A stretch of DNA of 64,000 bases from Somniosus microcephalus (GCA_052327205.1 CM126214.1:171554001-171618000); one strand, 5' to 3'. Shown: positions 38,641 through 52,123, numbered from the stretch's first letter. Program-made: numbers and translations. Notes: generated by a model from the sequence alone, not told the origin.

Positions 38641-40715
38641 TCATAGAATCATAGAAAGTTACAGCACGGAAGGAGGCCATTTCGGCCCATCGTGTCCGCG
38701 CCGGCCAACAAAGAGCTATCCAGCCTAATCCCACTTCCCAGCTCTTGGTCCGTAGCCCTGCAGGTTAGAGCATCCCAAGTACACATCCAAGTACTTTTTA
38801 AATGTGGTTAGGGTTCTTGCCTCTACCACCCTTTCAGGCAGTGAGTTCCAGACCCCCACAACCCTCTGGGTGAAGACATTTCCCCTCAAATCCCCTCTAA
38901 ACCTTCCCCCAATTACTTTAAATCTGTGCCCCATGGTTTTTGACCCCTCTGCTAAGGGAAAGAGTTCCTTTCTATCCACTTTATCTATGCCCCTCATAAT
39001 TTTATACACCTCAATAAGGTCTCCCCTCAGCCTCCTCTGTTCCAAGGAAAATAGACCCAGCCTACCCAGTCTTTCCTCATAGCTAAGATTCTCTACTCCC
39101 GGCAACATCCTTGTAAATCTCCACTTTACCCTCTCTAATGCAATCTCATCTTTCCTGTAATGTGGTGACCAGAACTGCACGCAGTACTCTAGCTGAGACC
39201 TAACTAGTGTTTTATACAGTTGAAGCATAACCCCCCTGCTCTTGTATTCTATGCCACGGCTAATAAAGGCAAGCATTCCGTATGCCGCCTTAACCACCTT
39301 ATCTACCTGGCCTGCTACCTTCAGGGATCTGTGGACATGCACTCCAAGGTCCCTTTGCCCAAAACAGGTTCTGTACTCCCAGTTGAAGGAAGGGCAGAGG
39401 TCTCCTGGTGGTCAAAAGAAGTGTTACAAAGATAACATCAAAGTAATCCTTAAAAAGTTCCATATCGATATTAATAACTGGGAGGAAATCGCACTGGACA
39501 GAGACAATTGGAGAAAATGCATCCACAACGGTGCCGCACTACATGAAAAGAATCTCCAGCGTGCCGCTGAGGATAAACGCCAGCGCCGTAAGGAGAGACA
39601 ACAACTTAAGAAGACTCATACTCCAGTCACTACTAATAGTCTTGCATGCCCACACTGTAGTAGAGTCTGTGGATCTCGGATTTGCCTCCACGGCCACCTG
39701 AAGACCCACAAGTAGATGACTGATGAAGGACATACCATACTCGAATTCGAGTGGTCGCCGATGATGATGATGTTCCTCTACACTACTCAGTGTCCTACCA
39801 TTTAATGTGTATTCCCTTTCCTTGATGGCCCTCCCCAAATGCATTACCTCACACTTCCAGATTGAATTCCATTTGCCACTGTCCTGCCCACCTGACCAAT
39901 TTATTGATATCTTCCTGCAGTCTACAGCTTCCTTCTTCAGTAGCAACCACACAGCCGATTTTAGTATCATCTGCAAACTTCTTAATCATACCCCCTATAT
40001 TCAAGTCTAGATCATTGATATATACCACAAAAAGCAAGGAACCTAGTACTGAGCCCTGCGGAACCCCACTGGAAACAGCCTTCCAGTCACAAAAACACCC
40101 ATCAACCATTATCCTCGGCTTCCTGTCTCCGAGACAGTTTTGAATCCAACTTGACACTGTCCTGGATCCCATGGGCTTTTAACTTCGTGACCAGTCTGCC
40201 ATGTAGAACCTTATCAAAAGCCTTGCTAAAGCCCATATACACTGCATCAAACGCACTACCCTCATCTACCCTCCTTGTTACCTCCTCAAAAAATTAAATC
40301 AAGTTTGTCAGACACGACCTTCCCTTAACAAATCCGTGCTGACTGTCCTTGATTAATCCGTGTCTTTCGAAATGAAGATTTATCCTGTCCTTCAGAATTC
40401 TTTCCAATAATTTTCCCACCACCGAGGTTAGGCTGACTGGCTTGTAATTACTCGGTCTATCCTTTTCTCCCTTTTTAAACAAGGGTACCACATTAGCAGT
40501 CCTCCAGTCCTCCGGCACCACACCTGAAGCCAGAGAGGATTGAAAAATGATGGTCAGGGCCTCTGCTATTTCCTCTTTTGCTTCGCTTAACAGCCTGGGA
40601 TACATTTCATCCGGGCCTGGGGATTTATCCACTTTTAAAGCTGCTAAACCCCTTCACACTTCCTCTCTCGCTATGTTTATTTCATCTAATATTTCACACT
40701 CCTCCCCCCCGATAG
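38641..40715 (-). mobile_element. CR1 ORF2 3' half, split by an RTE fragment
   Basis: KSPGPDEMYPRLL, QHGFVKGRSCLTNL, SGVPQGSVLG, KFADDTK, LVRSQLEYC; tail (tcatagaa)n. Confidence 0.9.
39356..39771 (+). mobile_element. RTE-clade LINE 3' fragment (second family)
   Basis: PKQVLYSQLKEGQRSPGGQKKCYKD...CPHCSRVCGSRICLHGHLKTH; (GAT)n tail. Confidence 0.8.
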
Positions 40716-40719
40716 CAAA

Positions 40720-42420
40720 GTCTCCACATTTTTCTATAGTCACTGATGGCTGCAATGTCTTCATTAACGTTGTCCTCATTCTTTTTGAAGTCTTTGTCTC
40801 TTGAAGCCTGGAAATTGTTAGAGGCAGATAATTTTTAAATATGTTAGAGTTGGAGCAAGAGCAGGTCCCCGAGGGAGTTTGTTTTTCTGGATCCTCCATG
40901 TGCTCAGCTTATTGCATAACATCACCTGAAATTGTCTGTCTTGATACATCATCTCCGTAGCCATAATACCCGATCGAGGTAACACCATTAACATCTTGAC
41001 CAGTAGGCCAGTGTGTCAGACAGTATCATATGCCGCTGTCATCAAGAAATACAGCCCCTGTCGTCTTCTGTTGGAAACCACTTTCTAAATAGGTGGTAAG
41101 AGCAAGAATTTGGTCACAAGATGTGGTCTGCAGCCTGCCTGCTCACCCTTCAGAGGTGCATCTACTATGGGCATAATTCTTTGCCGAATTGGCTACTCCA
41201 GGGGTTTTTAAGCACATTTCAGAGGTGATATAGGACAGTAACTAGCTGGGAGGGAATGATTCTTCCCTGGTTTTGGTATAGCTATCACCCTAGTATCTTG
41301 GGCATCTTGCTCTCTCTTGGAAGGCATGGGATATAAAGATTTTCAGCCCTTTTATGCTCTTCTTTCTAAGGTGTAGTAACATTTCTGGTGAAATCTTGTC
41401 AAGGCTGCAAGCTTTTCCTGCTATCTTCACTTCCTCAGTGGAGAATGGTTGGAAGGTGTATTCCTCACTGAGGTGAGACCACTCTGCATCTACGCCACTT
41501 CCACTTTACTGATTCTTCAAAGATCTCGTCCCAGTTGACATTTGCCATGTTATTCAGGTGTGTGGTGATACTGTTCATGGACTTCTTACACTGACCTATG
41601 GGTGCTAGTTTCTGTGCTGCTCCAAACTTCCTAATGAGAGACCATGCTTTTCTGCTAGACGTTGTCATGCCATATCTGATGTAGTTTCTTCCTAACGTTG
41701 CAACAGGCATTGAGGCTGTCAATATAGTGGTTTGCTATTTCCGAGTCACCAGATTCCTCATACTGTTTCAGAAGTTCTGCACATTCCCCATCTAAACAGG
41801 GTATATAAACTTTTTAACAGCCATGTGGGATGGATTTAGTGGCTGCTTTGAAGATTGCTTTGAAGAAGTGAGGGTAAGCGTTTTTTTACAGGTGTGCACA
41901 CTGTATACATGTCAGTCAACTCTCAAGTATTTTTGCCAGTCTGCTTTTCTGTACTTTCACCTTAATCTTGGGATGGTAGTTATTACGGGATCATCACATC
42001 TATCCGAGTAAGAATGATGCGGTGGTGTTCCAAGAACTCCAGAGAAGTCTGGAAACAGGTGGCCCTCCTGCTGAGGTGCCTCGGTTGAGGTGAAGAAAGT
42101 AGCCCGGCCTCCACCATGCATAAAAGAATGTGGCTGGCTGTTTAAGATCATGCAAGAGGTATAGATCATTTATAGAAGTTCAGGCTACAAAATCCAGTCC
42201 ATTTCTGTCAGATTCTCTGTAGCTGCGGGAGTTGTGGTGGCTGTTGAAGGCCCCAACATAAATGGATGGATTTTGAAGCTTTGGTAAAGGTTGGCATTCC
42301 AGGCTTCATCAAGAGGTTTATAAACTTCGGCAACTTTAAATTGGCCGACTTATACAATGTCAAAGTGAAACGAAGTAGTTGGTAAGGTCTCCACGTTAAC
42401 AATAACATATATCACATAAA
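40720..42420 (-). mobile_element. Degenerate Vingi/Ingi-like LINE
   Basis: MTTSSRKAWSLIRKFGAAQK and PYQLLRFTLTLYK fragments resemble Vingi RT-proximal sequence; many frameshifts. Confidence 0.55.
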
Positions 42421-42499
42421 TAGCTCTTCCATGTAGATTTGAACTAGCCTCTTATTGTAAGCATATTGGCAAAGAAGGAGTCTACATGTGTTTCTTGAA

Positions 42500-42605
42500 A
42501 TAACAACAGAAAATGCTGGAAATACTCAGCAGGCCAGGCAGCATCCGTGGAGAGAGAAACAGAGTTAACGTTTCAGGTCTGGGACCCTTCATCAGAACTG
42601 GAAAA
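42500..42605 (-). mobile_element. Penelope pLTR fragment with a near-intact minimal hammerhead motif (42563-42599)
   Basis: Minus strand: AGTT CTGATGA A GGGTC cca GACCT GAAA C GTT AACT. Confidence 0.75.
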
Positions 42606-43161
42606 AGCTGGAGATGTAACAGATATTAAGCAGGTGCAGAGACAGCGGTGGGGGGGGGGTGGGGTTGGGTTAAGAGGGGAGGAAGAAATAGAAAGAACAT
42701 CCTGTACTTTTGTAAGAGGCAGGAAAGATATTAACTTTATGAGGTTCTCTATTACTGAGCGCTTTGCAGCTGACAGCCCTTCGACACTAAGTTGAAGAAT
42801 GAAAAGTGAAGAACCAATGCAAGTTAATCCAGTACCACTGAAACCGGAATCGGGTTGTCCAGGTTTGGTCTGCTGTTTGCTGCTTTGGTTTCCCTTGAAA
42901 GGAAATCGCAGGATGCATGACGAGAACGTAGCAGTGTTGCACCCCATTTATAACATGGTGGCTCTCATCTTTTGCCTTTTTATGATGTTAATGCCACAGG
43001 TACAGGATGTATGTAATCAAATCACCACACTCTAAGCATTACCACAAGATGCTTTGTGTTTAAATTTGCTGATTGATGTGTAATTTGTCATTTCAGCAAA
43101 ATATATTGCATTTAATTATTTCGTCTACTACTGGACATAACTGCTGCTGCTTCCTTTTCAG

Positions 43162-43349
43162 TGAACAGGATTTGGGTTCTAAGCAGTTGAATGAACCTGG
43201 TACACATTCAGAGTCCCAATCTCCACAATCAGTAGGAAGTGCAGCTGGAGATAGTGGCACGGACTATCTGTCTGATTCGGCTAGCGAACTGCCCGATGTA
43301 AATCTCTCTCTGTGTGGTGGTCTCAGTGATAACAATGAGATTTCCCAAG
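43162..43349 (+). CDS. LPIN3: Lipin coding exon 8
   Basis: tttcag|t EQDLGSKQ...[45 protein letters not shown] g|gtacag, 188 nt. Confidence 0.95.
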
Positions 43350-44141
43350 GTACAGTGAACTGGAATACAGTGACTTAAATGGTCATTATCCAACATTTAT
43401 TTGATCACTAATTTCTGTAGTCTGTATGTGGAGAATTCTAATATTTTTGATTGCGCTGGATACAATAACCGTTCTGCCTGACTATTGATCACTCAGGATA
43501 TTGCTTTTTTTTTTCATTTCTCTTTTAAAAATGTTTTTGTTGTGTCTTCTGCATGTTGGTACTTAAATATTCTTTGCGTTGCCTTTAGCTAACATGATGT
43601 GTGAAAATTCTTCCAGGCCTGGTGCAACTGTTATTACAAATCTGTTTTATTGAATTTTGATTGCTTTCTTTAAGTACCTACACATTTTTTTAAGTACCTA
43701 TACGTTTTTTTTAAAGTACAAATATAAATGTGTTTTGCATTGGTGCAATTCTTTTTTTCATCTGCAATTTATACAAAAGTCTTCTAAACTGCCAAGTTTG
43801 AAAGCTTACTCTCTTCGTTAACTGGTGAAGAACTGCAACAGGAGATGCACCGATGGGTGCTTCAGTAGTGCTTATGACTTGGTCCACAACTTTTCTTTAT
43901 CATTTGTAGGAGGAAAAATGTAAAGATTGGGCCAAGAGATAGTTAATTTTGCCACGAATGTAGTCGACCTTAATTAATGAAACACAATATTAAATACTGG
44001 ATTTTTTGAAAAAAACTAATTGCAGTATACAAACTCGCATTTGCGGTGTCAGTCTGCAAAATATATACTTAAAAAAAATACACATTTACTTCACGAAGGT
44101 GCTGTGCATCAAATGTTCCCAGAGAGTGTGTATAGTCACCT

Positions 44142-44380
44142 AGAATCATAGAATCCTACAGCACAGAAGGAGGCCATTCAGCCCGTCATGCCTGTGCCAG
44201 CTCTTCGAAAGAGCAGTCGTGCTTAGTCCCACATCCCCGCTTTTTGTCCATAACCCTGTAAGTTCCACACCCTCAAGTACCCGTCCAACTCCCTTTTAAA
44301 GTTATTTCTGGAATCGGCTTCCACCAGTTTTCCAGGTAGAACGTTCCAGATCCCAACAAAATTTCTCCTCATCTCCCCTC
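44142..44380 (-). mobile_element. CR1 3' fragment
   Basis: tagaatcatagaat tail; WNVLPGKLVEADSRNNFKRELD. Confidence 0.8.
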
Positions 44381-44697
44381 CACCTAAACGCAATTTCAAT
44401 GTGAGAGAATGGAATGTTTTGCCACCAGTAGGAAGGCAGCGGTAAATGGACAAGCATCACCAAAAGAACAAATCATCAAGTTTTTTGTTTTTGTTTCTTG
44501 GAACTAGGTTGATTGACTTTGATGGACGATTTGTATATTATCTGATCAGTTGGCCAAGTTGTGATTAGTCATTTAGCTTTGTGTTTTATTTTAAGAATGT
44601 GAGATGTCAATGCCAAATTCTTTGCATGCATGGTAGTCTTTCTCAGCTGAGACTCTTGAAATGATTGTTTATTAACAGTTTATTAACTGTGCCACAG

Positions 44698-44791
44698 AGA
44701 AATTTGTGCAGCACATGGTCACATACCAGGAGCTGGTTGAAAATCCTGGAATTATTGATGATCCAAATTTGGTTATTGGAATCAATAAAAA
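44698..44791 (+). CDS. LPIN3: Lipin coding exon 9 (M-LIP)
   Basis: cacag|ag [30 protein letters not shown] aa|gtaagt, 94 nt. Confidence 0.95.
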
Positions 44792-46033
44792 GTAAGTTCA
44801 TAAACTCCATAACAATACATATTGTTACAAAAAGCTGCCTCAAACACTTAGTATATTATTATACAGCCGCTTAAGTTTCTGTTTTCACAAAATGGTAGTT
44901 TGCAATCTGGTATAAAATATTGAATTCTCAGAAATGTGCGAAAATTGGCTAAAATAATCAATATGCAAATGTTATATAAGCACATTGTGTTTATCCTGAT
45001 TTAATATTGGTGTTTATCCTGATTTAATATTGGTGAAATACAAATAAAACACCTCTGCAATTTATGAAAATCGGAAAAGAAATCGGAAAATGCTGGCAAT
45101 ATACAGCAAGTCAGTCAACTGTTGAGTGGAAAAAAAAATTATACCCAAAACGTTAACCTGTCTTTGCTCTTTGCAGGTGCTGAGTGACCTGCTGTATATT
45201 TCCTGTTTTTATTTTAGTAATAGTACAGCTATTCTGATTGTTTACAGGTGTTTTTTTCAACAACTTTCTTTGTTCCATCCTGACCTGTTCACTCCCGTGT
45301 ATTGAATTTCTCTAATAATTAAGTATGTACTGAAGATTCTTAATTTTTGCACGCTTCATTTATTTAATTGTATGCCTGTATGTGGATTTTGGACTAATTC
45401 TGGGTAACGGAAGCCAGCAAGCCCATAAACATCCATCACAACATGTAGCATTCTGAACACAATGTTCAGAATTATGCTCTGAACACAATAATCAAAAGGT
45501 GCTGATAATTCTGATTTCAAAATTGGCACCATAAAAAAGCTTGAATTCCTAAAATGGCTGTTTAGTCATGTAAATAATTCAAAATGGCAGACTGAGTTTC
45601 CTGTTGGAGTATGCTTTTTCTGCCTCGAGCACATGCTCCCTAAACCTCTGACTCCAATTCCAGGTCTTGATGAGAGAGTGTCATAAAAAATAGCCTCATC
45701 AACTGTAGCATGGATGTGAACTAGCATGTAGAATTGTTTTCCTAACTCTACATGGAATGGGAAAGCTGTGTCTGGCAGGAAGGAAGGAAGTGGATGACTT
45801 GCTTTATATAGGCCATTATCAAATTTAAATGTTTGAAGCGTTTCACACACTGAATTAATTTGAAGTGGAATGATAGCAAAATTCGTCCTTGTTCATAAAG
45901 ACTATAGTTGGCATATTTTTAACTTGGTAAAAGTGGCATTATTGAAAATTGGAGGTTATAGTACAAAATTAATCTTTTAAAGTTAGATTTCTTTATTACA
46001 CTGGTATAAACCCTTGGACCTTTTTTTTTATAG

Positions 46034-46103
46034 GTATTACAACTGGGCAGTTGCTGCTCCCATGATTCTCTGCATTCAAGCTTTTCAGAAGAACTTGCCC
46101 AAG
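46034..46103 (+). CDS. LPIN3: Lipin coding exon 10
   Basis: tatag|g [23 protein letters not shown]|gtacac, 70 nt; [10 protein letters not shown] and AFQKNLPK match lipin-3 as I recall it. Confidence 0.95.
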
Positions 46104-46861
46104 GTACACATTATACATTTGGCAAGGTGTTCTGATTCACCAAAGGGGTTGTGCATAATAATATACTTAGAAATTACAAGGTGAATTATGTTTTTTTCCA
46201 ATAATCGTTAGTCAATGTTATACTTATTGGTTGTAATTTTTCAGAACTGTAAAAGCGCATCCTATTTTTCAGAGCTGTAAAAACACATCCTATTTTTCAG
46301 TGCACTGTCTCCCAAGTAAAATAATTGTTGCTTGTCCCTCTACTGAAGACAGCGACCAATGCTAAAATATGGTTCTTTGGGTGTCGGTAACTCTTCAACA
46401 TCCTGCTGAATTGACTGTTCTCTATGTGTGAGTTTAGATAGTGAGGATTGGTGGGCGATTTGAGTATGGCATGTCTTGCAGTCTCTCCTTCCCTCACCTG
46501 GTGTTCACATCTGCAGTGGCCACTAGCTAGTGATCGGGAACCTTGACTGATATTTTTCTTTTCTTCCCTCTCCCCTTCTTCACTCTGGAGAATAATGAGG
46601 CCAGTTGTTCTACCATTACTGTTACATTGGCTGAGATCAGCTCATTCAGCATAGATCAGAGGCTTTCCTGCTCTGAATGACTCAGCAATGAAACACATGA
46701 TGAATTCTACATGGCCCAATAATGCATCTCATGGTGCATTTACCCATTAAACAAAAGGGCAACTCATAATACAACCTTGAGGCAAAGGTAATTATGTAAT
46801 TGTCTGAGCTTTCTTTCTTTACTGCCTCTCCTATGTGAACCCTGTCCCAATATTTTAAACA

Positions 46862-46980
46862 AGAAACTCTCGATGCTGGAAATCTGGAAACAAACAGAAG
46901 ATGCTGGAAACACTCAGCATGTCAGGCAGTATCTATAGTGAGGACAAGTTGATGTTTCAGGTGTGGACTGGTCATCAAAT
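46862..46980 (-). mobile_element. Degenerate Penelope pLTR fragment
   Basis: gatgctggaaatct...acagaagatgctggaaacactcagcatgtcaggcag...gtttcagg. Confidence 0.6.
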
Positions 46981-47258
46981 ATTTTTAAACCTGCTAACCG
47001 GATCAACGGAAAAACCAATAGTGTTGTCTAGTATTGTTATTGTCCATTTTATAAACCATTGAGTATTTCTACAATATGTCTTCAGACGCAATGCCCAAGG
47101 CAGCTTAACTGGCACTTTTGAAAAACATACTTGTCTTTTCCTTGAGAAAATTTCCCTAACTTGTATATAAATGTGCCCTTAAATAGCGCATGTAGTAACA
47201 TCTCAAATTATTTCAAACTTAATGTACTCCGCTCAATGGTATTTGTTCTTGTTATAAT

Positions 47259-48023
47259 GGGGCAGTAATTCCTCCCCAAACACGTGAGTACGGAAGGGGT
47301 ACTCACGCGTCTGGCCGGAGGAAATGCCGGTTTTCAGCATGCACAGCGCATGCGCTGAAAACCGGCATTTCCTCTCCTCCAACCCAAGAGTTGAAGAGGC
47401 TAGCGCGTGCACTGTAGGGGGCAGCGCGTGCGTCTTGGATTTCCTCTGTTTTGGGGGATTTGCGCATGTCTAAAGGCCTCCGGTCTTTACGCTTGTAAAA
47501 AGCACACGTAAGTATTTATTTTTACAGGCAAGTGGTGTTTTAGTGTAATTTAGAATTTTTTTTCCCACAAGTTTATTATTTTAAAGAATCTACAATAAGG
47601 TAAGTTTAGTTTTAGACCCTTTTTATTAAAAATTTATTTTTTTCAAAAAAAATAATTATTGTTTAAATTATTTTTTTTAACTTATTTATACTTAATTTAA
47701 TGATTGGGATGTTTTTTAAATTTTTATTTAAAGTTTAAATAGTGTTTTGGGCCCCCGTAGTTTTCATGAGTTTGACAGTTCTTACTCTCAAACTCATGAA
47801 TGAACCTTCCCCTCCCCTGATTGGTTGTACAGTGCTCACCTGATCCCAGCCGGCACATCGCACTAACTACGCCGCTGGATCAGGTAAGCACTGCGCGCTG
47901 ACATCTGAACCGGGCCTGTCACAGGAAATGCAAGCAAGCCCGGGCTTCAGATGTCAGCGCGCAGGGTGAGTGCATATCGGGGGCTTGCACGCGCGGCAAG
48001 CCCCCGACACCAAGTTCTGGGCC
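47259..48023. mobile_element. Non-autonomous DNA transposon (GG-C termini, palindromic arms, AT-rich core)
   Basis: aat|ggggcagtaattcc...caagttctgggcc|aat. Internal hairpins ggaaatgccggttttcagc...gctgaaaaccggcatttcc and ctgcgcgctgacatctgaa...ttcagatgtcagcgcgcag. Architecture is similar to 30061-30789. Confidence 0.6.
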
Positions 48024-48167
48024 AATAAAATATTGAAGTGTCATTAGATTAGGATAATGTGTATTTAGGGAGGAGAAATAAAGAAGCTGATCGTGCAGTG
48101 GTTTTGGGGATTCATAATTACATTTTTGCTGCTGGATCCTTAAGTTGGGTGTTCCTGTTCATTTTAG

Positions 48168-48260
48168 GCAACTATAGATAAGCTGGTAAAGGAAAAGATG
48201 CCAAAAAAGACTGGTGGGTGGTGGTTCTCCTGGCGCAGAAAAAACTCTGCAGTAAAAGAG
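48168..48260 (+). CDS. LPIN3: Lipin coding exon 11
   Basis: tttag|[31 protein letters not shown]|gtatgc, 93 nt. Confidence 0.95.
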
Positions 48261-48731
48261 GTATGCTTTCTTTTTACTGTTTCTTTGTTTTACCACTTTT
48301 AATGAAATAGTAAATGAAGCAAGAACAAACCAGACACACACACAGCACAGTTACTGATGGGGGGAGTGGTACGATATGGGAATCTGCTAGTTAATCTGTT
48401 TGTAGTTACCTAACACTTATGCAAGATTTACATTGATTCTGAGCCAGCGCACATCATTTGGGCAGCTAATAGTGACAAATGGAGACTAGATTTCAGTTCA
48501 TTTCAGAATGAACCTGACCTTTACAATTGTAAACACAATATAAGAAAGGAGCTACATAGCAAAAAGAGATCTTTTGTATAAAAATGTGCTACATGATTGG
48601 ATTGCATTTTTTGATGCATTTAAGTTACAGACTGAGTAATTCAGCCAGGCACTGTCCTTGTAATGGATTTGCTATTGCACGGCTTAGCCTTGTGTATGTA
48701 AAGAGCTTTGACGCAGTGTCTTTATTTTTAG

Positions 48732-48811
48732 CCAGAATCCAGTATCAAAAAAGGTGACGATCAGAATGAAACAAGTGAAACTAAACAAGCTAGCTTACTC
48801 GTGGGTTGCAG
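48732..48811 (+). CDS. LPIN3: Lipin coding exon 12 (poorly conserved linker)
   Basis: tttttag|PESSIKKGDDQNETSETKQASLLVGC ag|gtaata, 80 nt; it supplies the phase 0 to phase 2 bridge needed between its neighbours. Confidence 0.75.
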
Positions 48812-49089
48812 GTAATATTCAAGCATCAACTCTTTTTATGACCTTCACAAAAGTTATGGTTGTTAGCTATATGTGGCAACTGATTTTGTTTTGAAGTGTT
48901 AAAATAAACCTGACCATTTCTAACATTCACTAAGTCATTTGTTGTTAAATATCAGTGACTACAAAATATATGTTATGAACAGGAAGCAACATCCAGCTTT
49001 TATCGGTTATTTTCAGTACTGTATATAGAAAAAATCACACCAGTGTATAAGTGGCTAAGCCACTTAAAAAAAAATATTGTTCCCCAGGT

Positions 49090-49600
49090 TGTTATCTATT
49101 CCTACTTGCTATGAAAAGGTGATGGTGGGCCTTCTTAAACTGCTGCTTTCCTTGTGCTGATGGTGCTTCCATCATGGTGTTCGGTAGGGAATTCCAGGAT
49201 TTTGACCTTGTGTCCGTGAAGGAATAGCAGTTAATGTCCATTTTAAGATAGTGCGTGGCTTTGAGGGAAGTAGTGTTTCCATAATATTGCTGCTTTTGTC
49301 CTCCTTGGTGTTGGAGAACAAGGGGCTGAGAGCCGCTGTTGAAGTAAGTTCGACGAGTTGCTGCAGTGCATCCTGTAGATAGTACATGCTGCAGCCACAG
49401 TCTGCTCATGGTACAGGGGGTGCATATTGACTACCGTGGCAGGGGCTCTCATCGTGCAGATGCTCTGTCCTGGATGGTACCAAGTTCTTGAGTGTTGTTG
49501 CAGCTGCACCTATCCAGGCGATGTGAGTATTGCAGGTGGTGGAGAGGCTTTGAGGGTTCAGAAGGTGAACCACTTCTGGCAGACCAACTGTGCAGGATGA
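49090..49600 (-). mobile_element. Diverged 3' copy of the LINE family at 11310-12073
   Basis: Shares ggaattccaggattttgacc, tgcagtgcatcctgtagat and ttcttgagtgttgttg.agctgcac. Confidence 0.7.
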
Positions 49601-49729
49601 CCAACTGGTAAAAATGAATTTATAGCAATGTATAAATTGCATCTAAAAACTGCATGTGGATTTCATGGTGTCTGGGCAGGTTAAGGGTCAATGATTAAGA
49701 ACAGTCAATTTAAATTACGGACATAAAAC

Positions 49730-50335
49730 AAGTTGGAAATGACTTGCAGCCGTATTTTGATCCTGAGATTTTTTTTTATGGAATGGCTGGATGGACCTCG
49801 GTTGGTTCTCAGCTTTTCATCAAACTTATTAATGACTTGGATGAAGGACTAGAGCTGTATGTCTGAGTGCACAGTAAATTGTGTGGATGGGAACAGGAAG
49901 TTTGCCTTGGCCTTGGAAAGGGGTACAGCGCAGATTCACCAGAATGATACCAGGGTTTAAAGAGTTAATTTACAAGGATGGGTTACGGAAACTTGGCTTG
50001 TATTTGCATGAGTTTAGAAGGTTGAACTAATCGAGGTGTTTAAAATGATAAGATTCGATAGAGTAGACAGAGAGAAACAATTTCCTCTGGTGGGGGAATC
50101 CAGAACAAGAGGGCGTAATCTTAAAATTAGACCTAGGCTATTTAGGAGTAAAATCTGGAACTCCTTCCCCCAAAAGGCAGTGGATGCTGGGTTAATTGAA
50201 ATTTTGAAAACTGAGATCAATAAATTTTTGTTAGGTAAGGATATCAAGAATATGGACCAAAGGTTGGTAAATGGAGTTGAGTTACAGATCAGCCATGATC
50301 TAATTGAATGGCGGAACAGGCTCGAGGGGCTGTTT
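49730..50335 (+). mobile_element. Degenerate CR1 fragment
   Basis: DRVDREKQFPLVGESRTRG...WNSFPQKAV; CR1 3' UTR gatcagccatgatc. Confidence 0.75.
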
Positions 50336-50718
50336 AATCTCTCAATACCCAAAAGATCATCATGATTTTTGTGTAAGTCAGCACTCTCATAACAACTTTT
50401 ACATCTTTGAACAGTTCCCTGTGGCTTTCCTTCAACTACAACATTATCAAAATTAGTCGCCCTGTTTCTGTTTATGCAGACTGATATTTTGTATTTTGAT
50501 ATCATATGTGCTTCTGGCAACAGGTGTTTTCATTTTCAATATACAATGTGTAATTTATATAGTGCACATACTAATTTATACTTTATTTTTCTATGAACAT
50601 TCTAATCAATTGTAATATGTAATAAGGAAACCTGCGTATGACTGCCTTAATATGTCAAATGTTGCCGTTTGATTAAATTTTTAATACTTTAATACTTTAT
50701 TATTTATTTATGGAACAG

Positions 50719-50863
50719 GCCTAAGGAAGAGTTAACTTCTAGTGATGATGACTTCAGTACCATCAAGGACCGTCCAAAGCCAGGTTCTAAATGTCGAGAT
50801 TCACCTTGTCAGAGCAGTCCCGCTACGTACAAAAAATCCCTGAGACTGTCCACGGAAAAACTA
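50719..50863 (+). CDS. LPIN3: Lipin coding exon 13
   Basis: aacag|g PKEELTSSDDD...ATYKKSLRLSTEKL|gtaagc, 145 nt. Confidence 0.9.
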
Positions 50864-50999
50864 GTAAGCAAATAGTTCTTAAATCTCTGCTTCAACCATA
50901 TTATAACTTAAATCATGAAATCAATTATTGATCCGGTTTCATATTTAATACTTGCTGTACCTAGAAAGTTTACATGGAAAAGTTACTGGCTGGGGTGAA

Positions 51000-51330
51000 T
51001 AAAGAAAGAACTGACATTTAGAGCATACATTTCACAACTTTAGGACATCCCAAAGTGCTTCACAGCCAATTAAATAACTTTTGAAGTGTAGTCATTGTTG
51101 TAATTTGGGAAAAAGCAGCAGCCAATTTGTGCACAGCAAGATTCCACGAACAGCAATGAGTTGAATGCTCAGCTAACTGTTTTAGTGATGTTGGTTGTGG
51201 GATATATGCTGGCAAGGACACTGGGAGAACTCCCCTGCTCCTCTTCAAATAGTGGCATGGGATCTTTTGCATCCCTACTGAAGTGTCAGCTTAGATAATG
51301 TGCTCATGTCTCTGAAGTGGGGCTTCAATT
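51000..51330 (-). mobile_element. DeuSINE-like element
   Basis: ggacatcccaaagtgcttcacagccaat...ttttgaagtgtagtcattgttgtaat...gcagccaatttgtgcacagcaagattccac. Confidence 0.7.
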
Positions 51331-51333
51331 CAC

Positions 51334-52123
51334 GGGCCCAGATTTTGCGTTGAGAACAATGGCGAGGCTAACAGCACTCGCTGTTATTATGGAGTATATT
51401 GGACAGCAACTTCGGAGTACGTACATGCGCAGTTAACTGCAGAAATCCGAAAGATGCAGTCCGATTTACCCTTCTCCACAGGCTGCGCTTCAACAGTATC
51501 TCACCGATAGACTCGGCATTGAAATCCATGCAAGGCTGTGAAGTTGCGGTAGTTACCCACTATACACACCAGAAAAGGTTAGGGCTGATTAATTTTTTTA
51601 CAGCGTGATCAGCAATGTTCGCATTAAGCTGTGTGGCCGAGCAGCGGTCTGGAGGTCCTACGCAGGCCCGTCACCGGCTATTGAATGGAAAAACCACGCA
51701 TGTGCGGAAATGTGAATGGGCCACGCAGCGCATTAAAGGGGCCGCACACTCTCAAAAAAAATAAAAATTAGAGGGAACATCGGTGATCCGTCATAATTAC
51801 TGCCAAACAACACCTCTGGCCCTGAAAATTTAATTTTACATGTGTGGTGTCTCATTACTTCAGAATTTAATTCGTTCTGGAGTTTTTTTTTACTTTTTCT
51901 GTCTCGTTCTTTTATCTTTCTCTCTCTCTCTCTCTCTTAATCCCATCTTTCTTTCCCAGTCTTTATTTCACTTTCAGTACATGATTTAAATCTAATTTAT
52001 AATTTCTGGTTTATACTTCCTGTTTGGACTCAGCATGTCTCAGTGAGGATTCTTCAGTCTGATTGGTTGAAGAGCTACGCTGTTGCTTTGCCTGCTCACA
52101 GACGCCACAGATCCCCTGTGGAT
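51334..52123 (+). mobile_element. Non-autonomous DNA element family C, copy 1 (contains a hAT-type MITE)
   Basis: Reverse-complement similarity along its length to 54038-55198. Confidence 0.75.
51613..51782. mobile_element. hAT-type MITE
   Basis: caatgttc...ttagagggaacatcg with 8-bp flanks gtgatcag and gtgatccg. Confidence 0.75.
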
